A stretch of DNA of 64,000 bases from positions 416,001-480,000 of the forward strand of contig OZ244621.1 in the NCBI GenBank assembly GCA_965218425.1. Reading direction: 5' to 3'. Made by a program: the position numbers and the translations under genes. Source of the DNA: an uncultured Candidatus Binatia bacterium. GTDB lineage: Bacteria; Desulfobacterota; Binatia; UBA9968; CAXXLF01. The notes under the pieces were generated by a model. The model made no database searches and was not told the origin of the DNA. It was given only the letters and a program-made list of their open reading frames with translations. Within the stretch, counting starts at the first letter, position 1, and the number at the start of each line of letters is the position of its first letter. Shown piece after piece: positions 28,600-39,535 of the stretch.

Positions 28600-29153
28600 T
28601 TTTTCCTGCCAAAATAAGGGGCCAGCTTGGCTCTGAGTGCCTGACGCGCCCGATGAAGCCGTGATTTGACGGTACCAAGGGGGACGTCGAGCGTGTCAGA
28701 GATCTCCTCATAGCGAAACTCTTGTAGATCATGGAGGAGGATAAGAAGCGCGTCGTCGTCATCGAGCTGGTTAAGACCCCGCTGAACCAGCTCATGCCTT
28801 TCGCGTTGCTCCACACCCTCAGCCGGGTCTGATGAGGGATCACCGGGCGGGTCGGCAACCTCCCGCTGTCTGGCAGCTTGCAGGCTCTTTTGCCGGTTCT
28901 TCGCGTGGTTGACACCGATCCGGTAGAGCCATGTGGCAAAGCTCGAGTCGCCGCGAAACCGCTTGATGGCGCGGAAAGCCGCAAGAAAGACCTCCTGGGC
29001 CACCTCCGCTGCCTCATCGTAACCTCCCAGCCAGCGGTAGAGCAGATTAAAGATCTTCTTTTCGTGGCGCCGAACCATTGTCTCAAAGGCATCCGCATCC
29101 CCTCGTTGGACCTTTTGGACGCACTCCCAGTCGCTTCTCTCCTCAGGCACCAT
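28590..29153 (-). CDS. ECF sigma-70 factor
   Basis: AQEVFL, FATWLYRIGVN, YEEIS..PLGTVKSRLHRAR. Confidence 0.95.
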   Translation of the reverse strand: MVPEERSDWECVQKVQRGDADAFETMVRRHEKKIFNLLYRWLGGYDEAAEVAQEVFLAAFRAIKRFRGDSSFATWLYRIGVNHAKNRQKSLQAARQREVADPPGDPSSDPAEGVEQRERHELVQRGLNQLDDDDALLILLHDLQEFRYEEISDTLDVPLGTVKSRLHRARQALRAKLAPYFGRKKWQ

Positions 29154-29206
29154 TAGACATCAGTTCGAATGAAAAGGTTCCAGGAATTTTTCGGCAGCCG
29201 TTACGA

Positions 29207-29614
29207 TTATGCGGCCGCCAATTCCTTCAGGGCACGTTCGTGTAACTGAACGATATCCGGCTCGAGTCTGGCGAGATTCTTGGCCACGGACGCTTGGTCC
29301 ACGGCGCGGGCGATTTCGGTGAAACCGGCATGCTGGATCATAGCGGGAAGCTCGGTTTGCAGTTGGTTCATGACCCACCCGAGGGCGTTTGGGGTTTTAG
29401 TCTTGTCAATGTCGCGGTTTTCACTTTTCGGTCCGGGGGCATAGTGGAAATGGGGCTTATTCATAAAGCAGTCAAAACGGAGGGTCTCCACCCTTTTACC
29501 GCCTTCATTGCCAAAAATTCGAAACGTGGCACCCCAATCCCCCTGACCACCGCGACGGGCTTCAATAATGACTTGAACGCCGCCACTTTCAAATTCGATC
29601 TTTTCGTTTGCCAT
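29207..29614 (-). CDS. Hypothetical protein
   Basis: 135 aa ORF, GGAG RBS, LRFDCF..PHFHY motif. Confidence 0.7.
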   Translation of the reverse strand: MANEKIEFESGGVQVIIEARRGGQGDWGATFRIFGNEGGKRVETLRFDCFMNKPHFHYAPGPKSENRDIDKTKTPNALGWVMNQLQTELPAMIQHAGFTEIARAVDQASVAKNLARLEPDIVQLHERALKELAAA

Positions 29615-29688
29615 AACCAGGATCTCCCTTTGGCCAAACGTGGCTCACCCTTTGGGTGTGAAACCTGCTCCCAATTCAACGCGTGTGG

Positions 29689-30408
29689 TTATGCCGCGTG
29701 CGGCTTGTTTGCCTTGAACGTATTTAAGTACTTGAGCACATCGGCCAGGGGCAGCACGTCGGAATACTTTTGATTCATATCAAAGAGGTCCATGGCATGA
29801 CACGCCTCGTGTCGGTCAAAAACGCATTCCTCCACCACGATCATCTGGAACCGATAGGTACAACCTTCAACCACGCTGGCACGTACGCAACCGCTGGTGC
29901 TTTCGCCGCAGGTGATAACAGTGTCCACTCCCAGGTAATTCAGATGCCCGATGAGAGGGGTACCCCAGAATGCGCTTGGAGACGATTTTTTTATCACCGC
30001 CTCGCCCGCAAGGGGCTTCACCTCATCGATGATATCGTACATGCGCCACTGCCGTTCCAGGGCCTCGGCGGACGGCTCAGGCCGCTTTTGTCCGCGGCTG
30101 TTAGCCCATCCTGCGATGCCAGATTTATCTAAACCTGTGGTGTGAACGACGGGGATACCCGCCTCGCGGGCCGTGTCCAGTAGCTTCTGGATGTGGGGGA
30201 TAGCATTCCAGCCGGCAAGCCCGCAACTGCCGGGCCAGGTTTTGATTGCTTCTAATATGGGTTCCGGCTTGTCGCCGAAAACCCATCGGTAGAGGTCTAT
30301 GAGAAGCAGAGCGGGTTTCTGCCCAAACCCCACGGTTCTCGACCCTTTTGCCGCCACATGGGCCTTATCCTGCTCAGTAAGAAAACGATCCCATACTCGC
30401 TCTGCCAT
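29689..30408 (-). CDS. Isochorismatase/cysteine hydrolase family (maleamate amidohydrolase-like)
   Basis: ALLLID, KKSSPSAF, GESTSGCVRAS catalytic triad; AGGAGG RBS before MAERVW. Confidence 0.92.
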   Translation of the reverse strand: MAERVWDRFLTEQDKAHVAAKGSRTVGFGQKPALLLIDLYRWVFGDKPEPILEAIKTWPGSCGLAGWNAIPHIQKLLDTAREAGIPVVHTTGLDKSGIAGWANSRGQKRPEPSAEALERQWRMYDIIDEVKPLAGEAVIKKSSPSAFWGTPLIGHLNYLGVDTVITCGESTSGCVRASVVEGCTYRFQMIVVEECVFDRHEACHAMDLFDMNQKYSDVLPLADVLKYLNTFKANKPHAA

Positions 30409-30656
30409 AACGGACCTCCTTTTTTGATGCGCCGTGAATTTATCGATTACTAATGAAGGCAAATTATCATCACTCCCGCCCGGCGTCAAGCAACGGTAGA
30501 GGCGGGGTGAGGTATCAGTCTATGTGTAAATTTCGGTAGGGGGAAGGGAGTGGAGAGGAAAATGGTTTTCACATTTAGCCGAGAAGGCAAGGTCTCGAGG
30601 GGGTTAAGGGATAAAGGCCCAGGGTATTTTTGCATTGGGAAAAGACAGAAGGGGCG

Positions 30657-30869
30657 CTACCTCCACAGTTGCACGACAAATACAAACATAAGCAGCTCAC
30701 CCCGCTCCTGGGTCTCCAGCACCAAACCGAAGGCGAGGGTCAGTGAGGCTTTAACCCCGGATCCAGAGATCTCCACCAAACGTCCATTGATCTCTGTAAG
30801 AGTCCGATGCCTCGGTTCATCCGACTCGACAATAACTCTCTTGAGACTTCCTGCCGATAAGATATCCAT
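30657..30869 (-). pseudogene. Truncated RecA/ImuA-like gene (N-terminal fragment)
   Basis: INGRLVEISGSGVKASLTLAFGLVLETQERGE resembles a degenerate RecA P-loop region, then breaks into unrelated sequence. Confidence 0.6.
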
Positions 30870-31054
30870 GGCTCGCTTCCTATTCCCACCACACCCCTCC
30901 CCTGTGAGTGCCTCAAGTGTGGGTTGGACAGACTAGACGAACAAAAAAACGAAAGTCAACGTAGGATCAAACCCCGGCCCAATCCACGGGTGGTTTCCGA
31001 GGTAGTGAATTAAAACAAAACCCAACAAGATGAGATGGATAAGTTAATAAATAT

Positions 31055-31506
31055 GGGTCATGCCTAGCTGAGGAATATAGAATGATGCATAAGGCTATAC
31101 ATGGCAATGAAAAACAAGCATGCGAAGCGTTCAAGGACTTCTGAGGCCAAGATCCGGAGGGTCGTGCGCTGTTTTGCCGCTGATTTGACCGCACTCCAGG
31201 CGGCGGCTCTGAGCGGTCTGAACCGCCACACCGTGAACCGGCTCTACCGTGGCTTGAGGGAGCGTATTGTGCTTGGTTGTGAAACGCAGCGTCCCTTGTT
31301 TGGTGTCGTCGAGGTCGATGAGAGCTTGTTTGGGGCGCGGTGCCTACGGCAAAACAGCCGTCTTCGGCATCTTCGAGCGCCAGGGGCAAGTCTACACCGA
31401 GATCGTCTCGGATTGCTCGAAGCCGACGTTACAGGGCATTATCCGGGGCCGGGTGGACGCCAGCACCGTCATCCATTCCGATGGCTGGCGTGGCTACAAC
31501 GGCCTA
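31055..31506 (+). mobile_element. IS1595-family remnant
   Basis: FAADLTA..LNRHTVNR..VEVDESLFG / GKTAVFGI..IHSDGWRGY; frameshifting deletion, truncated by IS5. Confidence 0.85.
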
Positions 31507-32320
31507 GGGCCTGTTAACACTAGCGTAACGCCTCGATGATGAGCGAGAAGAGGATGAAACCGAGGAAGATCACATCGAGCTTCTCGAAGCGGGAGAAGAC
31601 TCGCCGGAAACCCTTCAGACGACGAAACAACCTCTCGATTTCGTTGCGTCGCTTCTACATGTGGCCATCGTACTGCCAAGGGTCGACTCGCGTGGCCAAC
31701 GGCGCCACCACGGGTGTGAACCCCAGAGCCAGAGCCAACTGGCGTGTCTCGTTACCTTCATACGCCCGGTCCATGACGAGCGAGGGATTGTCGTGCTGCT
31801 GACCAGGGCGATTCAGCAACTTACGTCGTTCTGGAGCGTCGTGGGCCTGTGCGGGGGAAAGCGAGAAGGTGATAGCCGTTCGAGCATCCGCGGCAACCAT
31901 ATGAATCTTGGTGCTCCACCCGCCGCGGGATTTGCCGATGGCTTGGGGACCGTTTTTTTTAGTGCCCCGGTCCCGTCGGGATGGACCTTGACGATGGTGG
32001 TGTCCATCGACACGGCCTCGATCTTGATGCGCACCATCTGCTCCCTCTGTAGTTGCTCGAAGACCTAGTCCAGCACCCCGTTCTTCGACCAGCGATTCAT
32101 TCGAGTGTAGATCGTGTGCCAATTGCCCAACCGAGACGGTAACCCACGCCACTTGCAACCATGCTCCGCTACATACAAGATAGCGTTCAGCACCTGGCGG
32201 TTCGAAAGGCTGACATTACCCCACTGCACCGCAAGCTACGGCGCAATACGGTCGTACTGGGCTTGAGTCAGTTCCATCCCCAAAGTGTAACGTATTTCCA
32301 GCATTAGTGTTTACAGGACC
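31507..32320 (-). mobile_element. IS5-family (IS427-like) element with inactivated transposase
   Basis: IRs GGGCCTGTTAACACTA / TAGTGTTTACAGGACC, TA flanks, GCKWRGLP, SRGGWSTKIH, MDRAYE, RNEIERLF; in-frame stops. Confidence 0.9.
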
Positions 32321-32687
32321 TAACCCTTGGGAACAAAGCTATTTATCCGTCTCGGGGCCCTTGCCTTATTGGCCCGATCATCAGGAAAGTCGTTGCTGGT
32401 AGGCCCATGAGCTTCTACCCGTTGGCTCTTCCGGATGATAGTGGCGGCGAGTTATTCGTTGCGGTGGATAAATTTCCTGTCATAGGTATCCAACTGTTAC
32501 CAGAGAGGTCTGAGATCCCCAAACTGCTGGTTTGCGAAATCTCTGAGTGATGGGTGAGACAAAGAGGGCCGCTGAGGAGCAGGTAGACGAGGCTCTCAAA
32601 TGCGGGAAAAACATCGGACCATTTCAAGAGAGTCCCAAGGCGACCACATCCGCAAGTACCTATTGATCCTCGTATAATATAATGACA

Positions 32688-33194
32688 TCAGAAAAGGCTG
32701 GACTGTTTCCAGAAGGCGGTAACGAGACGAGGCCTGCGGCGCATTCGGCAAAGGGCGCGACGAGCATGGTGGCTGAGTTGAGCGAAGTCCTTGGCACAGA
32801 AGTTGGGCAGTTCATGATGCTTCCAGTATCCCCAGAGGTATTCGACGGGATTCAGTTCCGGTGCATAGGCCGGCAACCGTTCCAGCACCAACGCGCCTTC
32901 GGTAGCGGCAACAAAGTCCCGAACCAACCGGCTCCGGTGGCTGGGCAGTCCGTCCCACACTACCAGCAGCGGCCCGGAAACATGACGCATCAAGTGCTTC
33001 AGGAATTCGATGATCTGGGGGCTCTTGATGGCTCCCGGATACACTCGAAAGTACAAGCGCCACCAGGTGACTCCGGCGATGGCCGACAGACTCTTCCAGT
33101 TGAAGTGATATTGCAGCACTGGCGTCTGTCCTCGGGGCGACCACGTACGATACCGATTCGGCCGCTCGCTCAGCCCGCTTTCGTCCACGAACAC
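32688..33194 (-). CDS. IS630 transposase DDE ORF
   Basis: FVDESG, VWDG, LPAYAPELNPVEYLW. Confidence 0.92.
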   Translation of the reverse strand: MFVDESGLSERPNRYRTWSPRGQTPVLQYHFNWKSLSAIAGVTWWRLYFRVYPGAIKSPQIIEFLKHLMRHVSGPLLVVWDGLPSHRSRLVRDFVAATEGALVLERLPAYAPELNPVEYLWGYWKHHELPNFCAKDFAQLSHHARRALCRMRRRPRLVTAFWKQSSLF

Positions 33195-33727
33195 TATGGT
33201 TCGCCCCTCGTTTCGGGCTTTTTTTTAATCTCCGGCCAGCGCTTCTTCTTCCACTGCCGGATCGCCTCTTCATCTCGTTCCAAGGCACGTCCCGTCGGCC
33301 GCTGGCAACTCCACCCCAACTGCCGCAATATCCGCCAAACATGGCCCGGATGGTATGTGACTCCGCAGGCTTCCCCAATCAAGTGGGCCACTCGCCTTGC
33401 GGTCCACAGGCTCGTGTCGTACCCCAGCGCTTCGGGTCCCCGTTTCAAACCGCCCTCGATCTTCTTCAGATCCGCCGGGCTCAGTCGCGGCTTGCGTCCG
33501 GCACGCCCCGCCTGCTTGAGCCCGGCTCTGCCGCTCTCGGCCAACTGCCGCGCCCATCGATTCACCGACTGGCGGTGCACTCCCACCCAACGCGCCACCT
33601 CCGCCTCCGACAGCCCTCGCTTCAACAGCCTCCCCGCCTCCATCCGCCGTCGCTCCAATGCTTCAAAGTCCCGTCGCACTCCAAGTGGGTTTCCCATACC
33701 ACCACTATACATTAAGTTCTTATCCAA
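33194..33727 (-). CDS. IS630 transposase N-terminal HTH ORF
   Basis: EVARWVGVHRQSVNRW, WTARRV, YHPGHVWRIL. Confidence 0.9.
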   Translation of the reverse strand: MDKNLMYSGGMGNPLGVRRDFEALERRRMEAGRLLKRGLSEAEVARWVGVHRQSVNRWARQLAESGRAGLKQAGRAGRKPRLSPADLKKIEGGLKRGPEALGYDTSLWTARRVAHLIGEACGVTYHPGHVWRILRQLGWSCQRPTGRALERDEEAIRQWKKKRWPEIKKKPETRGEP

Positions 33728-33763
33728 TGTTACTATATTATGCGGTTCTCAATAGATAAGTTA

Positions 33764-33810
33764 TGGAGCCACCCGGCGGACTCGAACCGCCGACCTACTG
33801 ATTACGAATC
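33764..33810 (-). repeat. Displaced 3' half of tRNA-Thr (distal att site)
   Basis: 47 bp matching 58353-58399 with 3 differences, all in the T arm. Confidence 0.93.
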
Positions 33811-34070
33811 GCGGTAGGGTTGAGGCACAAACCAAGAAGACCCAAGCATTCCCAACTATTTTGGCAGCCTAGAGCTTCTATGATTGGGGTTGTTTGGGTC
33901 TCTTGGGAAGCAGTTCTCGGACAAAAGACGGACAGTGATCTAGAGATACCTTTGTGCATTTCGTTAGTAAATAAGTGACAAACTCGAACTCTGGACTCTC
34001 CGATTAAGAGTTTCCTCGAAGAGGCGACTAAGATGAAAAAAATAGTTGTGCGGACCAAAGAAGGAGGACG

Positions 34071-36517
34071 TGACCTGCTCCCCTTGATTGTCCTCACCTA
34101 GAGGTTAGTCTTTGACCGAAGAGGAGGGGCACGCATGCGCAAGAGCAGGTTCAGCGAAACACAGATCGTCGGGATTCTGAAGGAGCACCAGGCGGGGCTG
34201 GGGGCGACGGAGCTGTGTCGCAAGCACGGCGTCAGTGACGCGACGTTGTACAAGTGGCGCTCGAAGTATAGCGGGCTGGAGGTGTCTGAGGCGAAACGGC
34301 TTCGGAGCCTGGAGACGGAGAACGCCAAGCTGAAGCGTCTTTTGGCGGACGCGATGCTGGACGTATCGACGCTCAAGGAGATGGTGGGAAAAGACTTCTG
34401 ACGCCCAGGTCCAGGAGAGAAGCCGTGGACTGGGCGATGAAGGAAAAGGGTGACTCGCAGCGGCGGGCTTGTGGTCTGTTGGGCATCGAGCCGCGGGTCT
34501 ACCGTTATCGGTCGATGAGACCGGATGACGGGGAGTTACGGCAGAAGCTGCGGGAGCTGGCGGCGGAACGCCGTCGTTTCGGGTATCGGCGCCTGCACCT
34601 GTTGCTGGCGCGGGAAGGCGTGGTGGTGAATCGCAAGAAGCTCTACCAGCTCTACAAGGAGGAGAAGTTGGCGGTGCGCAAACGGGGCGGTCGCAAGCGG
34701 GCGCTTGGGAGCCGGGCGCCGATGACGATCCCGCAAGGGGCCAATCAGCGCTGGTCGGTGGACTTCGCATCCGACGCCTTGGTCGACAGCCGGCGTTTCC
34801 GTGTGCTCTGCGTGATCGACGACTTCACACGGGAGTGCCTGGCCACCATCGTAGACAACTCCATCACCGCAGAGCGGGTTGCCCGAGAACTGGACCACAT
34901 CGCTCAACGGCGCGGTGATCCCCTCCTAGTGGTGTCCGATAACGGCACCGAGTTCACGTCGAATGCGATGCTGCGATGGCAGCAGGGTCGCCGGGTAGAG
35001 TGGCACGACATCGCTCCGGGCAAGCCCATGCAGAACGGGTTGGTGGAGAGCTTCATCGGGCGTGTGCGTGATGAATGCCTGAACGAGCACATATTCATCA
35101 GCTACCGCCATGCGCGAGAGATCATCGAAGACTGGAGGGTTGAGGTAGCCCAGGTTTGACGGACACCTAAAAAGGGGACAAGATCCCCGCAGGAGGTGTT
35201 CGATGGGCAAGCGAAGGCGTTTCACCCAAGAGTTTAAGTTGGAAGCTGTTCGACTGCTGGAGGCGGGCGCTCGGCCAGCAGCGGAGATTGCACGGGAACT
35301 GGGAGTACCTCGCAATCGACTGTACAAGTGGCAGGAGCAAGTGACGAGGAAAGGGGCGGCTGCGTTTCCCGGCACAGGTCGAGGTAGAGACAACGATGAG
35401 GTAGCACGGTTAAGGCGAGAGCTGGAGCGGGTAACGCAACAACGAGATATATTAAAAAAGGCCGCAGCGTACTTTGCCAAGGAGCTCAAGTAAAGTACGC
35501 GTTTATACGAGCTCACAGGACAGAGTTTAGGGTAGTGAGGATGTGCGAGGTATTAGAGGTCAGTCGTAGTGGGTACTACGACTGGAGCGGTCGAGGGGAG
35601 TCTCGGCGTAGAGCACAGGATAAGGTTGTGATCAAAGAGATCCGCAAGGTGCACGAGAGCTACAAGGAAGCGTACGGGGCAGTCAAGACATGGCTGACGC
35701 TGAAGGAGGCGGGGGTGACATGTGGGAAGCATGGGGTGGCGAGGCTGAGGAGTTTAGTGGGGATAGAGACGCGTCGGGTGCAAAGGTTTCGATTGGCCTA
35801 CAAGGCTCGTCACAGTGCGCCACCGGCACCGAACTTGTTGCGTCAACGCTTCGAAGCGTCAGGCCCCGACCAGGTATGGATGGCCGATATTACCTTCATT
35901 GGTACCCGATCTGGGTGGTTATACCTGGCGGTAGTGGTGGACCTTTACTCTCGGCTGGTGGTGGGATGGTCAATGAAGCAACGTCCCACACAGGAGTTGG
36001 TCAGTGAAGCTTTACTGATGGCTATCGAACAGCGCCAGCCTATGGCGGGGCTGATTCACCATAGCGACCAAGGAATCCAATACGCTAGCAATCACTACGT
36101 TGAGTTGCTCAAACGCCATGGGGTGGTGCGCAGCATGAGCCGCAAAGGGAATTGCTACGACAATGCAGTGGTCGAGAGTTTGTTCAGCTCACTAAAGAAT
36201 GAACTTGTACACCATCAGGATTATAAGACGAGGCAGGACGCTAGGTCGGATATCTTCGACTACATTGAACTGTTTTATAACCGAAGAAGAAAGCATGAGT
36301 CGCTGGGATACCACACCCCAATGGCATATGACTCGATCAAACGTGTGGCTTAATTAACTGTCCGTGAAACCCGGGTCGCTTCAGGTCGACTACAACGCCA
36401 GAAGACCACACACGAACCTTAACGGACTCACACCGATGGAGTTTGCAACCCGGTCCGGAGCGGACCACAACGAAACACCACTAACTTATAGGTGAGGACA
36501 AAAAGGGGAGCAGGTCA
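34071..36517 (+). mobile_element. IS3-family (IS407-like) element interrupted by another IS3
   Basis: IRs TGACCTGCTCCCCTT..TGTCCTCACCTA / TAGGTGAGGACA..AAGGGGAGCAGGTCA; 4 bp TSD GACG; orfA 34135-34401, orfB 34425-35140 resuming at 36384. Confidence 0.94.
35141..36383 (+). mobile_element. IS3-family element, copy 2 (1243 bp)
   Basis: Near-identical to 17851-19093 (two substitutions noticed); 3 bp TSD GGT; orfA 35203-35493, orfB 35535-36353. Confidence 0.96.
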
Positions 36518-36523
36518 GACGAA

Positions 36524-37093
36524 ATGAAGTATTTTGAGGAGTTTCATCCGTCCGGTTACATGTTCTGAGAAAGAATCAGTGAACCGAACGCCTTCGATGC
36601 GGGTATTGGCAAGATCGTTTTATGTTTCTCCTATCTAGAGGATATAGTCTCAAACACTCTTTTGCGGCTCCTGGAACTCCATCCCGGCGACGGGTGGATC
36701 GTCACGTCTGAACTATCGTTCAAGAATAAGGTGGACATGAGGCGAGCCTGGTCCGACAGCGGCTCGTGTCAACGCGGTTCAACGTTGGAGACAACCCTCC
36801 GGCGAGGTACTGGATGAACTGGTCAAGATCCTGTTTCAGGCTGAGGAGCTTCACAGTCGGATAATGCACTCATCGTGGGGCTGGACAATGCGGAACGATG
36901 AGCGTTGGACGCGGAGCAAGATCACGACCAAAGCTAATCACGGATTAAGGGAGCAGTCAGAAGAGATGGGGCCCGATGAGCTCCTCGACATCGCCGACTA
37001 TATCTGCTGTGTAGGGATGGATGTTGAGGAATTTTTTCTAGACATGGAGACAAAATGCTCATTGGAGGACTCTAGTGGAGACGAGTCCACATA
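36524..37093 (+). pseudogene. Degraded hypothetical gene, possible former gene cassette
   Basis: MKYFEEF..*..IGKIVLCFSYLE..SELSFKNKVD, frameshifts, then MHSSW..; its RBS (AAGGAGG at 34061) is separated by the IS; ends at ACATAAC. Confidence 0.6.
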
Positions 37094-37240
37094 ACTCGCG
37101 CCTTCAACCGCCCTCCAGCTGGACACTACGTGTTTCTAACTTCGCAGTAAGAGGAGGAGCCGATTAGGGTTTGCTGTCCATTTAAGCCCGGTCAGATTGG
37201 ACCCGCACTGGGCCTGGATTCGCTCTGCATCAGACCCTCA

Positions 37241-37315
37241 GGACGTAATGAATGAGCTAATGAATTGCGTCTGGTGCGTTTAGTAGATTTTTTGAAAGGG
37301 AAGCAGTGGCCGTTA
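37241..37315. repeat. 75 bp direct repeat, copy 1
   Basis: 71/75 identical to 56130-56204. Confidence 0.9.
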
Positions 37316-37469
37316 AGGAAGACCATGCCCGAGGAACAAGTATGCTAAAACCCAAAACACGGAGACGACTAGCTTGTTAGGCCTCGAAAATGTACTGACA
37401 CATGATTAACATTGAAAAAATTACTATTAATTCAGTTGCGACACAAGGACTAGTACTAATGTAGCCGAT

Positions 37470-38156
37470 TTATAGAGACTTTGATCTCGCTGTTTCACCC
37501 ACGCCGTTTTGGACTGGTTGGTGTGCGTTGTCAACCTGCGTCTTCGCTCGCTTATATTCTATTGTCGCCTCGCGCAAAACAATAAGTGCTGTATGTAAAA
37601 ATAGCACGGCGATTCCTGTGCCAATCAGCAGATCGGGCCATGATGCGTTTAGCCCCCACACACCGACCGCTGCGACCAGAACGGAGAGATTGACGATAAT
37701 ATCATTTCGCGAACAAAGCCATGTCGAGCGCATATTAAGATCATCCGAGCGATGACGATACAGAAGAAAGAAACAAAGGCCATTTCCCAGTAACACTAAT
37801 GTCCCGATAATGCCCATTGTCTGTGCGGTAGGCACGATATCCGCGAACCATTTGTATGCGGCTTCGATCAGGACCCCGAGGCCAAACATAGCCATAATGG
37901 CACCCTTGAAAATTGCCGCCATGACTCGCCACATCTCACTGCGCCAAAGGACGTACAGACTGAATCCGTACACCAGTGAATCGCCCAACATATCCAGCGA
38001 ATCGGCCAGGAGGGCTGTCGACCCAGCCAAAATGCCTGCGATGAATTCGACGAAAAAGAGGCCTGCATTGATGGCCAATACGATTTTAAGGATCTTCGAA
38101 TGGTCAGTTCTCAGTCTTTCGATTTCGCCTGATTTTGTCTCGCAACAGGAATCCAC
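37470..38156 (-). CDS. Cation diffusion facilitator (CzcD-like) transporter
   Basis: STALLADSLDMLGD, NMRSTWLCSRND, WPDLL; probable GTG start at DSCC. Confidence 0.9.
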   Translation of the reverse strand: MDSCCETKSGEIERLRTDHSKILKIVLAINAGLFFVEFIAGILAGSTALLADSLDMLGDSLVYGFSLYVLWRSEMWRVMAAIFKGAIMAMFGLGVLIEAAYKWFADIVPTAQTMGIIGTLVLLGNGLCFFLLYRHRSDDLNMRSTWLCSRNDIIVNLSVLVAAVGVWGLNASWPDLLIGTGIAVLFLHTALIVLREATIEYKRAKTQVDNAHQPVQNGVGETARSKSL

Positions 38157-38483
38157 GGCTCTTACCTTACCATTGGGTGAACGCGGATGCCAGGAAAACG
38201 GCAAACAATGCTCACCTCGGCCAATACATGACGATGGAGATCAGAGCGAACATTGAGACAAATACGAAGTGTGGTGGAGTCGGGGAAGACTATTACCAAG
38301 GCACCAATATCACAGGTAATTTGGCTGTCAACGAGTCCAGGAGGAAATTAAACGACGCATTCATTGCGTTTCACCGGCCCAGCGAGACCAACTCATTGAT
38401 AGTCAAACGATCGGCTTTAAGCCTGCGACGCCCAAAAAGGGGACAAGATCCCCGCAGGACGAAATCGAATAAATTTCATGCAC

Positions 38484-39386
38484 TCACATTGCCAAGATAT
38501 GTTTCTCTATGAGCTCTTTTACGGCGGTAATGGTTGGGGTCTCTGTGTGACGTCGTCGCTCAACAAGCATAAAACTGGCAGATAGATCAACGCCTTTGAC
38601 GGTCAACCGAACAAGCTGCTTTTCCCTGAGCTCGCCTCGGACAGTGAACTCCGGTAAGATGCTTACTCCGATTCCTGCGCGAGTGATTTCTTTCATCCCC
38701 TCGAAGCTACTGATTCGTGCAACAACGGTGTATTCTGACAAACCCTGCTTTTCCAACATCCTCTCTAACATTTGTGTGTATGCGCCACCTTTGAGCCCCA
38801 TCACGAGTGGTGTAAATCGTAATTCCTTGAGCGGAGCAGATCTTTTCCCTGAAAGAAGGTGGTCAGGAGATGCCACAAAATGAAGTTTTTCCGTTCTAAG
38901 CTGTGTTGCTACAAGATCCGTAGGGTATTTATCGGCTAAAATGAGCGCTACGTCCACTTCCCCGTGGCGGACGGATTCCCAAAGGCGATATACGGTCTCA
39001 GCTAAGATGGTGACTCGGACTTTCTGATACTTTTCGCGAATATTTTTTACTATTATTGGGAGCACGTAGCTTGCGATACCGGATACGGCTCCAATTCTGA
39101 CCTCACCTCCGATACCACCCGCGAGGTCCAGGAATAACCTTTCCAGATCCTCGGTTCTATTGTTCACCTCCCTGGCAAAGTCCAGAAAAATCCTTCCGGC
39201 TTCGGTTAGCTGCAATGGCCGCGGCGATCTCTCAAAAAACTTGAGTCCCGCCTGCTCCTCGAGTAGAGCAATTTTAGTGCTTAAAGTGGATTGGGACAAA
39301 CGGAGCCGTTTGGCAGCTTTAGTAAAACTTCTTTCTTCACATACTCCAAGAAAGGCTCGAAGGCTATCCCGTGAATATTCCATCAT
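38484..39386 (-). CDS. LysR family transcriptional regulator
   Basis: SFTKAAKRLRLSQSTLS..LEEQAG..FER..LTEAG; 300 aa; divergent from the operon. Confidence 0.95.
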   Translation of the reverse strand: MMEYSRDSLRAFLGVCEERSFTKAAKRLRLSQSTLSTKIALLEEQAGLKFFERSPRPLQLTEAGRIFLDFAREVNNRTEDLERLFLDLAGGIGGEVRIGAVSGIASYVLPIIVKNIREKYQKVRVTILAETVYRLWESVRHGEVDVALILADKYPTDLVATQLRTEKLHFVASPDHLLSGKRSAPLKELRFTPLVMGLKGGAYTQMLERMLEKQGLSEYTVVARISSFEGMKEITRAGIGVSILPEFTVRGELREKQLVRLTVKGVDLSASFMLVERRRHTETPTITAVKELIEKHILAM

Positions 39387-39535
39387 ATATATCGATAATT
39401 TTAATCAATAATTTCTATTTGACAGATAATATCCGTAAATCGTCTAATACGCAACACGCTCAGATACAACCGTGAAATTTCGTCAGGGTTCCGATCAAAA
39501 CAAACGAGTAATCGAATAAATCACGGAGGGTAACT

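Larger units (their letters stand above)
32661..33754 (-). mobile_element. IS630-family element
   Basis: About 28 bp IRs TATTGATCCTCGTATAATATAATGACAT / ATGTTACTATATTATGCGGTTCTCAATA; two ORFs joined at an A8 slippery run. Confidence 0.93.

Noticed and set aside
30520..30690. Possible IS end or MITE truncating the RecA-like fragment
   Set aside because: No matching inverted repeat pair or target duplication could be identified
32682..33755. 357 aa plus-strand ORF
   Set aside because: Antisense shadow of the IS630 transposase
38431..38458. Third copy of the 1243 bp IS3
   Set aside because: Only about 25 bp of subterminal sequence (AAAAAGGGGACAAGATCCCCGCAGGA) remains, so it is a scar and not an element
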